Below, piece by piece: positions 30,738-40,090 of a stretch of 64,000 bases of DNA (position 1 is the first letter of the stretch; each line of letters starts with the position of its first letter). Under the pieces are notes generated by a model. It saw only the letters and a list, made by a program, of their open reading frames with translations, was not told the origin of the DNA and made no database searches. This DNA is from an uncultured Planctomycetia bacterium. Its GTDB lineage: Bacteria > Omnitrophota > Gorgyraeia > Duberdicusellales > 4484-171. Both the position numbers and the translations under genes were made by a program. The DNA lies in assembly GCA_964536865.1 (NCBI GenBank), contig CAZHYN010000001.1, positions 16,195-80,194 on the forward strand. Reading direction: 5' to 3'.

Positions 30738-31475
30738 ATGAAGAGAAAAGAAATTATAAAACCGCCTAAGAGTTTAAGAAAAGTGCCTACTCATTACTGC
30801 CCTGGTTGCGGTCATGGGATAGCTCACAGAATCGTTGCTGAGGTAGTAGATGAGTTAGAGATAAGAGAAAAGACTGTAGGAGTAGCTCCTGTAGGATGTA
30901 GTGTGATAGCTTACGATTACTGGGATTTTGATGTTAGTGAAGCTGCTCATGGAAGAGCTTTGGCGGTAGCTACAGGGATAAAAAGGTGCAGACCTAATCT
31001 TGTAGTATTTACTTATCAAGGAGACGGGGATCTTGCTTCTATTGGTATAGCAGAGACTCTTCATTGTGCTAATCGAGGAGAAAACTTAACTTGTATTTTC
31101 ATAAATAATGCTGGCTATGGAATGACAGGAGGGCAGATGGCTCCCACTACTTTAGTGGGACAAAAGACGGCTACTACTCCTTGGGGAAGAAATCCGCAAA
31201 GAAAGGAAGGGTTTCCTTTAAAAGTTTGTGAATTGTTAGCTAACCTTCCTGGAGTAGTTTACTTAGAGAGGGTTTCTCTTGCTAATCCTTCTCAAGTAGT
31301 AAAAGCTAAGAGGGCAATTAAAGAGGCATTTCTTAATCAGATAGAAGGAAAAGGGTTTTCTTTAGTGGAAGTTTTAAGCCCTTGTCCTACTGTCTGGCGG
31401 ATGAGTGCTCCTGAAGCAGTAAGATGGATAGAAGAAGTGATGCAAAAGACCTTCCCTTTAGGGAGAATAAAGTGA
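30738..31475 (+). CDS. 2-oxoacid:ferredoxin oxidoreductase beta subunit (TPP-binding)
   Basis: CPGCGHG plus the GDG...N TPP motif. Confidence 0.85.
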   Translation: MKRKEIIKPPKSLRKVPTHYCPGCGHGIAHRIVAEVVDELEIREKTVGVAPVGCSVIAYDYWDFDVSEAAHGRALAVATGIKRCRPNLVVFTYQGDGDLASIGIAETLHCANRGENLTCIFINNAGYGMTGGQMAPTTLVGQKTATTPWGRNPQRKEGFPLKVCELLANLPGVVYLERVSLANPSQVVKAKRAIKEAFLNQIEGKGFSLVEVLSPCPTVWRMSAPEAVRWIEEVMQKTFPLGRIK

Positions 31476-32011
31476 CTACTACTTCTAAGTTAGAGGAAAG
31501 GATTTTTATTGCTGGATTTGGAGGTCAAGGAGTGATGGTTTTGGGGAAAATTTTAGCTTGGGCAGGATTAAGGGAGAAGTGGGTGGTTAGCTGGTTGCCT
31601 TCTTATGGAGCAGAGATGCGCGGAGGCACTGCTCATTGTTTCGTGAGGTTAGCTTCTGGAAAGATTAGCTCTCCTACTTTTGTATACCCTACGGTAGCGT
31701 TCGTTTTTAACCAACTTAGTTGGGATAAGTTCACTCCTAAAGTAAAGAAAGCTAAATTAGTAATTGTTAATAGCTCACTAGTAAAAAGTAGGTATTTTCC
31801 TTCTAATGTGAGCTTAATTCCTCTTAACCAATTAGCTTTAGAGATAGGTTCTCTTAAGTTGGTTAATACTGTAGCTTTAGGATTCTTTTTAAAGAAGAGG
31901 AAATTGTTAAAGCTTTCCACAGTAGAGAGTGTTTTAAAAAATTTTTTTAAAGAGAGAAAAATCGTTGAAATGAATTTAAGGGCTCTGCAAGTAGGGATAA
32001 ATTATGGTTAA
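31472..32011 (+). CDS. 2-oxoacid:ferredoxin oxidoreductase gamma subunit
   Basis: FIAGFGGQGV motif; a GTG start at 31472 overlapping the beta stop (GTGA) gives the typical length of about 179 aa; the track ORF's ATG at 31424 is an in-frame upstream alternative. Confidence 0.75.
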   Translation: MTTTSKLEERIFIAGFGGQGVMVLGKILAWAGLREKWVVSWLPSYGAEMRGGTAHCFVRLASGKISSPTFVYPTVAFVFNQLSWDKFTPKVKKAKLVIVNSSLVKSRYFPSNVSLIPLNQLALEIGSLKLVNTVALGFFLKKRKLLKLSTVESVLKNFFKERKIVEMNLRALQVGINYG

Positions 32012-33293
32012 AACACGGTTTGCCCCTTCTCCTACAGGATTCCTTCATCTTGGAGGAGCAAGAACTTGTTTGTTTAGCTGGCTTTATGCTCGCAAGAGTA
32101 GAGGAAAATTTATTTTAAGGATTGAAGATACTGACCGCCTTCGTTCCAAGAAAGAATACTTAGAGGAAATTTTAGAAAGTTTAGTCTGGTTAGGCATTGA
32201 TTGGGACGAGATTTTTTATCAGTCCCAGCGACTTTCTATTTACCGAGAGTATGCCCAAAAATTAGTAGAGGAAGGGAAGGCTTACTATCGAGAGGGAGCA
32301 ATATTTTTTAAGTATCAATTTGATGAAGTAGAAATAGAGGATTTAATAAGAGGGAGAGTTACCTTTAGAGAACTTCCTAAGCAAGAGGAGGTAATTATAA
32401 AAAGCGACGGTACCCCTACTTACAACTTTGCTTGTAGTGTAGATGATGCTTTAATGGGAATAACTCACGTAATAAGAGGAGAAGATCATCTTTCCAACAC
32501 TCCTAAGCAAATTTTGATGTATAAGGCTTTAGGGATTTTTCCCCCCCAGTTTGCTCATATTCCCATGATTTTATCCCAAAGTGGAGGGAAAATGTCTAAA
32601 CGAGAAGGAGCCACTTCTATAAGAGAGTATAGAACTCAAGGATATCTACCGCAAGCAGTAGTAAATTATCTTCTTCTCTTAGGTTGGTCTCCTGGAGGAA
32701 ATAAAGAGATAATTTCCTTGAGAGAGGCAAGTCAGCTTTTTGAGTTAAAAGATGTGAATAAGAATTCCTCTACTTTCTCCCAAGATAAATTTGATTGGCT
32801 TAATGCTCAATATATAAAACTGAAGCCAATAGACGAACTTACTACTTTAGTGAAAGAGTTTTTAGAAGAAAAAAAATTTTTACCCCAGGGAGTAACGCTT
32901 GATTACTTAAGAAAAGTGGTAGTTCTCTTTAAAGAGAGAATTTCCAAGTTGGCAGATCTTATGGATTGGGGATACTTTTGCTTCCATGACGATTTTTCTT
33001 ACTCTTCGGATACCCAGGATATTTTAAAAAGAAAATTATCCAGAGAAATGGGGGTGTTAATAGAGAGGCTTTCCCAAATAGAGGATTTTACTAAAGAAAA
33101 TATAGAGAAAGAATTTCGCCAAACCGCTCATTTTTTAGGATTGAGAGCAAAAGATTTAGTGCACCCTACCCGTATAGCTCTAACGGGAAGAAAAGTTGGC
33201 CCTGGCCTTTTTGAGACTATGGAAGTTTTAGGGAAAGAGAAGGTAATAAAGAGATTAAGAAGACTGTGTGATTGGTGGAAGGAAAGAGATTAG
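32004..33293 (+). CDS. gltX: Glutamyl-tRNA synthetase
   Basis: Class I HLGG (HIGH-type) and KMSKR motifs; 429 aa. Confidence 0.9.
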   Translation: MVKTRFAPSPTGFLHLGGARTCLFSWLYARKSRGKFILRIEDTDRLRSKKEYLEEILESLVWLGIDWDEIFYQSQRLSIYREYAQKLVEEGKAYYREGAIFFKYQFDEVEIEDLIRGRVTFRELPKQEEVIIKSDGTPTYNFACSVDDALMGITHVIRGEDHLSNTPKQILMYKALGIFPPQFAHIPMILSQSGGKMSKREGATSIREYRTQGYLPQAVVNYLLLLGWSPGGNKEIISLREASQLFELKDVNKNSSTFSQDKFDWLNAQYIKLKPIDELTTLVKEFLEEKKFLPQGVTLDYLRKVVVLFKERISKLADLMDWGYFCFHDDFSYSSDTQDILKRKLSREMGVLIERLSQIEDFTKENIEKEFRQTAHFLGLRAKDLVHPTRIALTGRKVGPGLFETMEVLGKEKVIKRLRRLCDWWKERD

Positions 33294-33301
33294 TATTTTT
33301 C

Positions 33302-33330
33302 TTGACAAATTTCTTCTTTTAGGGTATATT
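33302..33330 (+). promoter_or_regulatory. Sigma70-type promoter of the pyr operon
   Basis: TTGACA (33302-33307), 17-nt spacer, TATATT (33325-33330). Confidence 0.55.
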
Positions 33331-33343
33331 TGAGAAAACCTTT

Positions 33344-33370
33344 AAGCTGGTCCCGTGAGGCCAGCAAGGA
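33344..33370 (+). promoter_or_regulatory. PyrR-binding RNA stem-loop (anti-antiterminator element)
   Basis: AAGCTGGTCCCGTGAGGCCAGC: stem GCTGG/CCAGC enclosing UCCCGUGAGGCC, matching the PyrR box consensus (A/G)UCCnGnGAGGyU; located in the pyrR leader. Confidence 0.65.
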
Positions 33371-33400
33371 GAGGAACAATGAAAAAGAAATTTAAAATTA

Positions 33401-33437
33401 AAAACCCACTTTCAAAGAGTGGGTTTTATTTTTTTTA
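33401..33437 (+). terminator. Intrinsic terminator (pyr attenuator)
   Basis: AAAACCCACT-ttcaaag-AGTGGGTTTT followed by ATTTTTTTT, immediately upstream of the pyrR start. Confidence 0.7.
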
Positions 33438-33439
33438 AA

Positions 33440-33994
33440 ATGAAGTTTAGAGAGAAAGCAAAGATTCTATCTTCCCAAGATATAAAAAGAATCCTTCACC
33501 GCCTAACTCATCAAATTTTAGAGAAAAATCCTGATCCTTACGAACTTGTTATTGTAGGAATTCAAACACGCGGTGTTTACTTAGCCAAGAGGATTCAAGA
33601 AATTATAGAGAAGGTAGAAGGTGTAAGGTTGCCTTTAGGGATTTTAGATATCACTCTATATCGAGATGATTTGACGATGATAAGGGAGGTTCCTTTAGTG
33701 AAGGAGACTAAAATCAGTTTTGATTTAAGTGATAAAGTGGTGATTTTAATAGACGACGTTTTGTTTACAGGAAGAACAGTAAGGTGCGCTTTAGATGAGA
33801 TTATGGATTTTGGTCGTCCTAAGAGAATAGAGCTTTTAGTTCTTATTGACCGAGGTCATCGTGAGCTCCCTATAAGGGCAGATTTTGTGGGTAAAAATAT
33901 TCCTACTGCTAAGAGAGAGTTGGTAGAGGTGAAACTTACTGAGATAGATGGAATCGATGAGGTGGTGATTTTAGAGAAAGAAGAGGATGATTAA
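33440..33994 (+). CDS. pyrR: Bifunctional pyr operon regulator / uracil phosphoribosyltransferase PyrR
   Basis: PRPP-binding motif [19 protein letters not shown]; ATG 33440 chosen over the track's GTG 33419, which lies inside the terminator hairpin. Confidence 0.85.
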   Translation: MKFREKAKILSSQDIKRILHRLTHQILEKNPDPYELVIVGIQTRGVYLAKRIQEIIEKVEGVRLPLGILDITLYRDDLTMIREVPLVKETKISFDLSDKVVILIDDVLFTGRTVRCALDEIMDFGRPKRIELLVLIDRGHRELPIRADFVGKNIPTAKRELVEVKLTEIDGIDEVVILEKEEDD

Positions 33995-34931
33995 CTGGCA
34001 GAAGAAACATATTCTAGGGATAAAAGATTTGACTCGCCAGGAGATGGAGATAGTATTTAATCTAGCAACGTCTTTTAAAGAGCTTTCTCAAAGAGAAGTG
34101 AAAAAGGCTCCTGCTTTGCGAGGAAAGACCGTGATAAATTTATTTTTTGAAAGCTCTACTCGTACACGCACATCTTTTGAGCTAGCTGCCAAGCGTTTAA
34201 GTGCCGATGTGTTAAATTTTTCTTCCTCAACAAGTAGTCTTAGCAAAGGAGAAACAATAGTCGATACTATTAAGAATTTAGAGTCTTATCATCCTGATAT
34301 TTTAGTGATAAGGGTAGGCTACTCTAATTCTCTTCAGTTTCTTTCTCAATATACCTCTGCTAGCATAGTTAACGCAGGAGACGGTGCTAATGAGCATCCT
34401 ACGCAAGCTTTACTTGATATGTTTACAGTTAAAGAAATAAAGGGAACTTTGGAAGGATTATCTGTGCTAATTGTGGGAGATATAAAACACTCTCGGGTAG
34501 CACGCTCTAACATCTTTGGATTTCAAAAATTTTCCTCTTCTCTTAAAGTATGTGGGCCACCTACTCTTATTCCCTATGAATTTCATAAGTTAGGAGTGGA
34601 TATTTCTTATAATTTGGATGAGTGTCTTCCTCAAGCAGATGTGATAATTTTTTTGAGAATTCAATGGGAACGGCAGAAATCTTCTTTTTTCCCTAGTATA
34701 AGAGAATACGTAAGTAACTTTTCTCTCACTCCTGAAAGAATAAAGAGAATAAAAAAGGATTGTCTTATTATGCATCCCGGTCCAGTAAATTGGGATATAG
34801 AGATAAGTTCCCAGTTAAAAGAAAGAATTCACCCTTTAATCCTTAAGCAAGTAGAGAATGGTTTAGCTATAAGAATGGCTACTCTTTATCTTGTAGGGAC
34901 ACAGAAAGGAGAGTATGAAGATACTAATTAG
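33987..34931 (+). CDS. pyrB: Aspartate carbamoyltransferase catalytic subunit
   Basis: STRTRTSFE and HPTQ motifs. Confidence 0.95.
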   Translation: MINWQKKHILGIKDLTRQEMEIVFNLATSFKELSQREVKKAPALRGKTVINLFFESSTRTRTSFELAAKRLSADVLNFSSSTSSLSKGETIVDTIKNLESYHPDILVIRVGYSNSLQFLSQYTSASIVNAGDGANEHPTQALLDMFTVKEIKGTLEGLSVLIVGDIKHSRVARSNIFGFQKFSSSLKVCGPPTLIPYEFHKLGVDISYNLDECLPQADVIIFLRIQWERQKSSFFPSIREYVSNFSLTPERIKRIKKDCLIMHPGPVNWDIEISSQLKERIHPLILKQVENGLAIRMATLYLVGTQKGEYEDTN

Positions 34932-36204
34932 AGGGGCAAAGATAGTAAATTTTGATAGTATCGTAGAAGCGGATATTTTTATTCGCAATAGTCGTGTTGC
35001 TAAGATAGGAGAGGTTAATGAGGAGCCAGATAAAATTATTGATGCTCGAGGAAAATTTGTTCTTCCAGGATTGATTGATATGCACACTCATCTACGTACC
35101 CCGGGTAGAGAAGACGAAGAAGATTTGTGGTCTGGGTCAAAAGCAGCAGCTAAAGGTGGTTTTACTACCATCTTCTGTATGCCTAATACTAATCCTGCCT
35201 TAGATAACCAGGGTCAGGTGAATTGGCTTTTAGAGGAAGCAGAAAAAGTTGGGATATTAGAGATTCTTCCTGTGGGTGCGATTACTAAAGGCAGAGAAGG
35301 GAAAGAGTTATCGGAATTTGGAATGCTTAAACAAGCAGGATGTCTCTGTTTAAGTGATGATGGCAACCCCTTAGAAGATTCTTCTCTTTTAAGAAGAGCT
35401 TTAGAGTATGCTAAGATGTATGGTCTGCTTATTATTTCCCATTGTGAAGATAAAAACCTTTCTGCCTCAGGAAGTCTACGAGAGCACCTCATTTCCTCTA
35501 AGTATGGAGTGGAAGGGATTCCTTGGGCGAGTGAAAGCATAGCAGTATTTAGAGATGTAGAGTTAGCAAGGTACTTAGACACAAAAATCCATATTGCTCA
35601 CGTAAGTAGTAAAAGGAGTCTCCAAATTATAAAAAGAGCTAAAGAGGAAGGGGTAAAGGTAAGTTGCGAGACCGCCCCTCATTACTTTACTCTTACTATA
35701 GAAGATTTAGAGAAGAGTCATTTTCACCCTAACTTTAAAGTCAATCCTCCTTTAGGAGATAGAGAGGATCTAGAGGCAATAAGAGAAGGTTTAAAAGAAG
35801 GGGTAATTGATTGCATTGCTACTGATCATGCTCCTCACTCTCAGGGAGAGAAGGAGTTACCTTTTGAAGAAGCACCTCCTGGAGTTATAGGACTGGAATT
35901 AGCATTTTCTCTTTCCTATACTTATTTGGTGAAGAAACAGATATTAGATTTAAAAGACCTTGTAAAACTAATGTCTTATAATCCTGCAAATATCTTAGGT
36001 CTTAAGGATAAGGGGTATATAAAAGAGGGAGCTTGGGCAGATTTAGTTATTATAGATTTATCTAAGAGTTGGCAAGTACTCCCTCATAAACTTTTTTCTA
36101 AATCCAAAAATACACCGTTTATTGGTCATACTCTCGAAGGGGTAGTAGAGTACACTATCAGTAGAGGTAAGGTTGTTTATACTGAGAAAAATAAAAATGG
36201 TTAA
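34915..36204 (+). CDS. pyrC: Dihydroorotase
   Basis: DMHTHLR metal-binding motif; 429 aa. Confidence 0.9.
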   Translation: MKILIRGAKIVNFDSIVEADIFIRNSRVAKIGEVNEEPDKIIDARGKFVLPGLIDMHTHLRTPGREDEEDLWSGSKAAAKGGFTTIFCMPNTNPALDNQGQVNWLLEEAEKVGILEILPVGAITKGREGKELSEFGMLKQAGCLCLSDDGNPLEDSSLLRRALEYAKMYGLLIISHCEDKNLSASGSLREHLISSKYGVEGIPWASESIAVFRDVELARYLDTKIHIAHVSSKRSLQIIKRAKEEGVKVSCETAPHYFTLTIEDLEKSHFHPNFKVNPPLGDREDLEAIREGLKEGVIDCIATDHAPHSQGEKELPFEEAPPGVIGLELAFSLSYTYLVKKQILDLKDLVKLMSYNPANILGLKDKGYIKEGAWADLVIIDLSKSWQVLPHKLFSKSKNTPFIGHTLEGVVEYTISRGKVVYTEKNKNG

Positions 36205-36658
36205 ATTTATCCTTACCAAAGAGCTAGGAAGATTAGCTAGATGGTTACGTATTCTAGGGTTTGATACCTACTACTATACCTCTGATAATATGGGCACACT
36301 TATAATTTATGCCTTAAGGGAAAACAGAGTAATTGTTACTAGAAGAAAACGTGTTGATGATATGAAAGTAGTGGTAGTAGAAACTAATGATGTTAGAAGT
36401 CAGATAAGAGAGTTAGTAGAGAAGTTAAAACTGAAGATAGACGAAAGTTTAATGTTTTCTCGCTGTGTGATATGTAATGAGCCTTTAGAGAAAGTTGATA
36501 AAGAAGAAATCAGAGGAAAGGTTCCTGAATATGTGTATATAAGTCAACAAGAATTTTATCGCTGCCCCAGTTGTCAACGTCTCTATTGGCAAGGAAGTCA
36601 TTGGGGTAATGTTAAGGAAATTTTAAAGAAGGTTTTGGCTGGAAATGTTTATAGCTGA
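36197..36658 (+). CDS. Mut7-C RNase-domain protein (DUF82 family)
   Basis: N-terminus MVKFILTKELGRLARWLRILGFDT typical of PF01927, with a C-terminal Zn-ribbon (CVICNE...CPSCQRLYW). Confidence 0.7.
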   Translation: MVKFILTKELGRLARWLRILGFDTYYYTSDNMGTLIIYALRENRVIVTRRKRVDDMKVVVVETNDVRSQIRELVEKLKLKIDESLMFSRCVICNEPLEKVDKEEIRGKVPEYVYISQQEFYRCPSCQRLYWQGSHWGNVKEILKKVLAGNVYS

Positions 36659-37880
36659 TTTTCATATTCATTCTAAGTACTCTCGAGCTACCTCCAAAAA
36701 TATGAATATTTCTAATCTAATAGAATGGGCTCGTTATAAAGGGATTCATCTTTTAGGTACTGGAGATTTTACTCATCATCTGTGGCTTCAGGAGATAAAG
36801 CAAAACTTAGAGTACCTTCCGGAAAAAGGATTGTTTTTCTCTGAGGGAGTATATTTTATTCTTTCAGGAGAGGTTTCTAATATCTTCTCTGAAAGAGGTA
36901 AGGTTTATCGGGTGCATAATCTAATTATGGCTCCTTCCTTAGAGATGACGCACCAGATAAATAAGATGTTAAGCTACTACGGAAATTTGGCTTCCGACGG
37001 TAGACCGGTCTTAGGGATAAGTTGTAAAAATTTGGCTGAGGAGCTATTCAAAATTTCTCCCGATATTATGCTTATTCCTGCTCATATCTGGACTCCTTGG
37101 TTTGGTGTATTTGGTTCTAATTCTGGATTTAACTCTTTAGAAGAGGCATTTCAAGAATTCACAGATAAGATTACTGCTTTAGAAACGGGATTAAGTTCCG
37201 ATCCTCCTATGAATTGGAGATTGTCTGCGTTAGATAAATTTTCTTTAGTCTCCAATTCCGACTCACACTCTCCTCAAAGAATAGGTAGAGAAGCTAATGT
37301 ATTCGATTGCGAAATTAACTATTGGGAGATCAAGAGAGTCTTAGAGACCAAAGATAAAAATAAATTTTTATACACTGTAGAGTTTTTTCCTCAAGAAGGG
37401 AAGTATCATTACGATGGACACAGAAATTGTAAGGTAAGGCTTCATCCTAAAGAGACGAAAAAGCATAAAGGAATTTGTCCCGTTTGTGGAAGACCCTTAA
37501 CTAGAGGGGTTCTAAATAGAGTTGAAGAATTAGCTGACCGAGAGGAAGAGTTTGTTCCTCCCAACAGCATTGGCTATAAAAGTTTAGTTCCTTTGAGTGA
37601 AATTATCGCTGAGGCTAGAGGAGTAGATAAAGGTAGTAAAGCAGTAGAGAAGGAGTACTTAAAGTTAGTTAGAGAGTTTGGTTCAGAATTCAATCTTTTA
37701 GTAAGCGTGGAAGAAAATCAACTTTTTTCGCATCTCCCTCCTAAAATAGCTGAAGGGATAAAGAGAGTGAGAGAAGGGAGGTTGAATATCATTCCTGGAT
37801 TTGATGGAGAGTATGGAGTAATTAAAATATTTGATCAAACAGAGGATAAAAACAAAGACTCCCAGCTTACTCTTTTCTAA
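36645..37880 (+). CDS. Endonuclease Q-like PHP-domain nuclease with C-terminal zinc finger
   Basis: PHP motifs DFHIHSKYS, GTGDFTH, AHIWTPW, SNSDSHSP and zinc ribbon CPVCGRPL..., consistent with my recollection of archaeal EndoQ / TIGR00375. Confidence 0.6.
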   Translation: MFIADFHIHSKYSRATSKNMNISNLIEWARYKGIHLLGTGDFTHHLWLQEIKQNLEYLPEKGLFFSEGVYFILSGEVSNIFSERGKVYRVHNLIMAPSLEMTHQINKMLSYYGNLASDGRPVLGISCKNLAEELFKISPDIMLIPAHIWTPWFGVFGSNSGFNSLEEAFQEFTDKITALETGLSSDPPMNWRLSALDKFSLVSNSDSHSPQRIGREANVFDCEINYWEIKRVLETKDKNKFLYTVEFFPQEGKYHYDGHRNCKVRLHPKETKKHKGICPVCGRPLTRGVLNRVEELADREEEFVPPNSIGYKSLVPLSEIIAEARGVDKGSKAVEKEYLKLVREFGSEFNLLVSVEENQLFSHLPPKIAEGIKRVREGRLNIIPGFDGEYGVIKIFDQTEDKNKDSQLTLF

Positions 37881-38377
37881 TGAAAGTAGCAATAGTATTT
37901 TATTCCTTCTCAGGAAATACAGAAAAAGTAGTTCAATTTGTGAAGGATTTTTTTCTAAGAAAAAATATTCCGGTAGAAGTTTTTAGGCTAAAGCCTGTAA
38001 AAGAGGAGGTCTCTTTTTTAAGACAGGGGATACAGGCTTTTTTTAAGAAGACTATTCCTATTTTAGAGATAAATTACGACTTAGGTAGTTATGATTTAGT
38101 AGTGTTTGCCTCTCCTGTTTGGGCATTCACTATCTCCCCCGCCTTAAGAAGTTACCTCAAAAAAGTTAAAAACTTAGAAAGAAAGAAGATAGTTTGCTTT
38201 TTAACCTTTGGAAGTGGAGTTGGGGCAAAGAAAGCTTTAAGAGAATTAGAGGGTATTTTGAAGAGTAAAAGGGCAGAGGTTATATTTTCTAAGAATTTAG
38301 TAGGGGCAAAAGCAGGAGATAGAAGTTATTTAGAGGAGAGCTTTAGATATTTAAATAAGCTTTTTGACTTTCTATAA
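37880..38377 (+). CDS. Flavodoxin-like protein
   Basis: MKVAIVFYSFSGNTEKV flavodoxin N-terminus; 165 aa. Confidence 0.7.
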   Translation: MKVAIVFYSFSGNTEKVVQFVKDFFLRKNIPVEVFRLKPVKEEVSFLRQGIQAFFKKTIPILEINYDLGSYDLVVFASPVWAFTISPALRSYLKKVKNLERKKIVCFLTFGSGVGAKKALRELEGILKSKRAEVIFSKNLVGAKAGDRSYLEESFRYLNKLFDFL

Positions 38378-38386
38378 AAGCAGAGA

Positions 38387-38458
38387 GCCCCTGTAGCTCA
38401 ACGGATAGAGCACAGGCCTCCGGAGCCTGGAATACAGGTTCAATTCCTGTCAGGGGCA
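38387..38458 (+). tRNA. tRNA-Arg (CCG)
   Basis: Acceptor GCCCCTG/CAGGGGC, D-loop AGCTCAACGGATAGAGC, anticodon loop CTCCGGA, T-loop TTCAATT. Confidence 0.85.
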
Positions 38459-38470
38459 AAAGAGATTGTT

Positions 38471-38914
38471 ATGAATGTAGGAGTAATTGGAGGTTATAGT
38501 TGTTCAAGGAGAGCCTATAAACTCGCTAGGGAGGTAGGTCGACTCATCGCTCAGCAAGGGTGGATTTTAATCTGTGGAGGAGGTTCGGGAGTTATGGAAG
38601 CAGCTTGTTTAGGAGCAAAGGAGAAAGGGGGTATAACCTGCGGGATACTCCCCAGCTATACAGGGGAAGAAGCAAATCCTTATTTAGATATTAAAATTCC
38701 CACAGGGTTGGGCTATGCTCGTAATATTTTAGTGGTGAGAGCTTCCCATTGTTTAGTGGCTGTTGATGGTAAATATGGAACTCTTTCCGAGATAGCATTT
38801 GCTCTGAATGAAGGAAAACCTGTTTTGGGTATGGATACTTGGGATATAAAGGGAGTAGTAAAAGTAAAGAATCCTCGAGAAGCAATAGAGTATATTAAAA
38901 AGAAAATATTATGA
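38471..38914 (+). CDS. TIGR00725 / LOG-like Rossmann-fold protein
   Basis: CGGGSGVMEA and PTGLGYARN motifs of the LOG / DprA-like nucleotide-binding family. Confidence 0.65.
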   Translation: MNVGVIGGYSCSRRAYKLAREVGRLIAQQGWILICGGGSGVMEAACLGAKEKGGITCGILPSYTGEEANPYLDIKIPTGLGYARNILVVRASHCLVAVDGKYGTLSEIAFALNEGKPVLGMDTWDIKGVVKVKNPREAIEYIKKKIL

Positions 38915-40044
38915 AAGCAGCATTGTTTTTAGAGGATGGATTTTACCTGGAGGGGATAGGCTTTGGTTATCCTGGAGAGACAATTGGTGAGGTTGTTTTT
39001 AATACTTCTATGACAGGGTATCAGGAGATTTTAACCGACCCTTCCTATCGAGGTCAAATTGTCTGCATGACTTATCCTCTCATTGGAAATTATGGAGTGA
39101 ATTCCTCTGATACAGAGTCATCAAAAGTTCAGGTGGAGGGTTTTATTGTAAAGGAGCGTTCTCGCATAGAGAGTAATTGGCGGGCAGAAAGTTCCTTAGA
39201 GAATTATTTAAAAACAAACAGAGTAGTAGCAGTGGAGGGGGTGGATACGCGAGCGATAACCCGACGTCTGAGAGAAAAGGGTTCAATGAAAGGAGTAATC
39301 TCTGTTGTTGATTTTGATCAAGAGAGTCTACGGAGGAAGTTAGAGGATTTCCCTTCTATCGTAGGAAGAGACCTAGTAGCTGGGGTAACTACAAAAGAGG
39401 TTTATGAGTGGAAAGAGGATTTGGGGTTAAGAAGGATGAAGGAAGTAAAAAAGGCATCATTTACAGTAGTGGTGGTAGATTGCGGGGTTAAATTTAGTAT
39501 TTTGCGATGCTTAAAAGAGTATGTGGAGAGGGTAGTTGTTGTTCCCGCTAACACTCCTTTAAAAGAAATCTTAAAATTTAAACCTCAGGGAATCCTTTTC
39601 TCTAACGGTCCTGGAGACCCTCAGCCAGTGAGTTATGTAATCGAAACTGCTAGGGAGTTAATCCAGAGATTAAAGAAAAAAGAAATAAAAATAGGAGTTA
39701 TGGGGATATGTTTGGGTCATCAAATTTTAGGTCTTGCCTTTGGAGGGAAGGCTCAAAAACTAAAATTTGGTCATCATGGAGGAAACCATCCAGTAAAAGA
39801 TTTAACTACAGGAAGAATTGATATTACTAGTCAGAATCACAATTTTGTTATTCCTCCCCAAAGTATTCCTGAGGAAGGTTTAGTTCAGACACATATTAAT
39901 CTTTATGATCACACACCTGAAGGCTCTGAGCATAAAGAGTTACCTATCTTTAGCGTACAGTTTCATCCCGAAGCCGGTCCCGGGCCCTTTGATGCTCGTT
40001 ATATATTTGGTAAGTTCGTCGGTCTGATGAAAGTTTTATCCTAA
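38911..40044 (+). CDS. carA: Carbamoyl-phosphate synthase small (glutamine amidotransferase) subunit
   Basis: GICLGHQ catalytic Cys motif; 377 aa. Confidence 0.95.
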   Translation: MKAALFLEDGFYLEGIGFGYPGETIGEVVFNTSMTGYQEILTDPSYRGQIVCMTYPLIGNYGVNSSDTESSKVQVEGFIVKERSRIESNWRAESSLENYLKTNRVVAVEGVDTRAITRRLREKGSMKGVISVVDFDQESLRRKLEDFPSIVGRDLVAGVTTKEVYEWKEDLGLRRMKEVKKASFTVVVVDCGVKFSILRCLKEYVERVVVVPANTPLKEILKFKPQGILFSNGPGDPQPVSYVIETARELIQRLKKKEIKIGVMGICLGHQILGLAFGGKAQKLKFGHHGGNHPVKDLTTGRIDITSQNHNFVIPPQSIPEEGLVQTHINLYDHTPEGSEHKELPIFSVQFHPEAGPGPFDARYIFGKFVGLMKVLS

Positions 40045-40090
40045 TGTTTGGATGTTAGATGTTCGACATCCAATATGAAGAGGGAAAGTT

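Noticed and set aside
33419-33439. GTG at 33419 (ORF-track start) as the pyrR initiator
   Set aside because: It lies inside the 3' arm of the terminator hairpin and adds MGFIFFK, which is not found in PyrR. The ATG at 33440 gives the canonical N-terminus.
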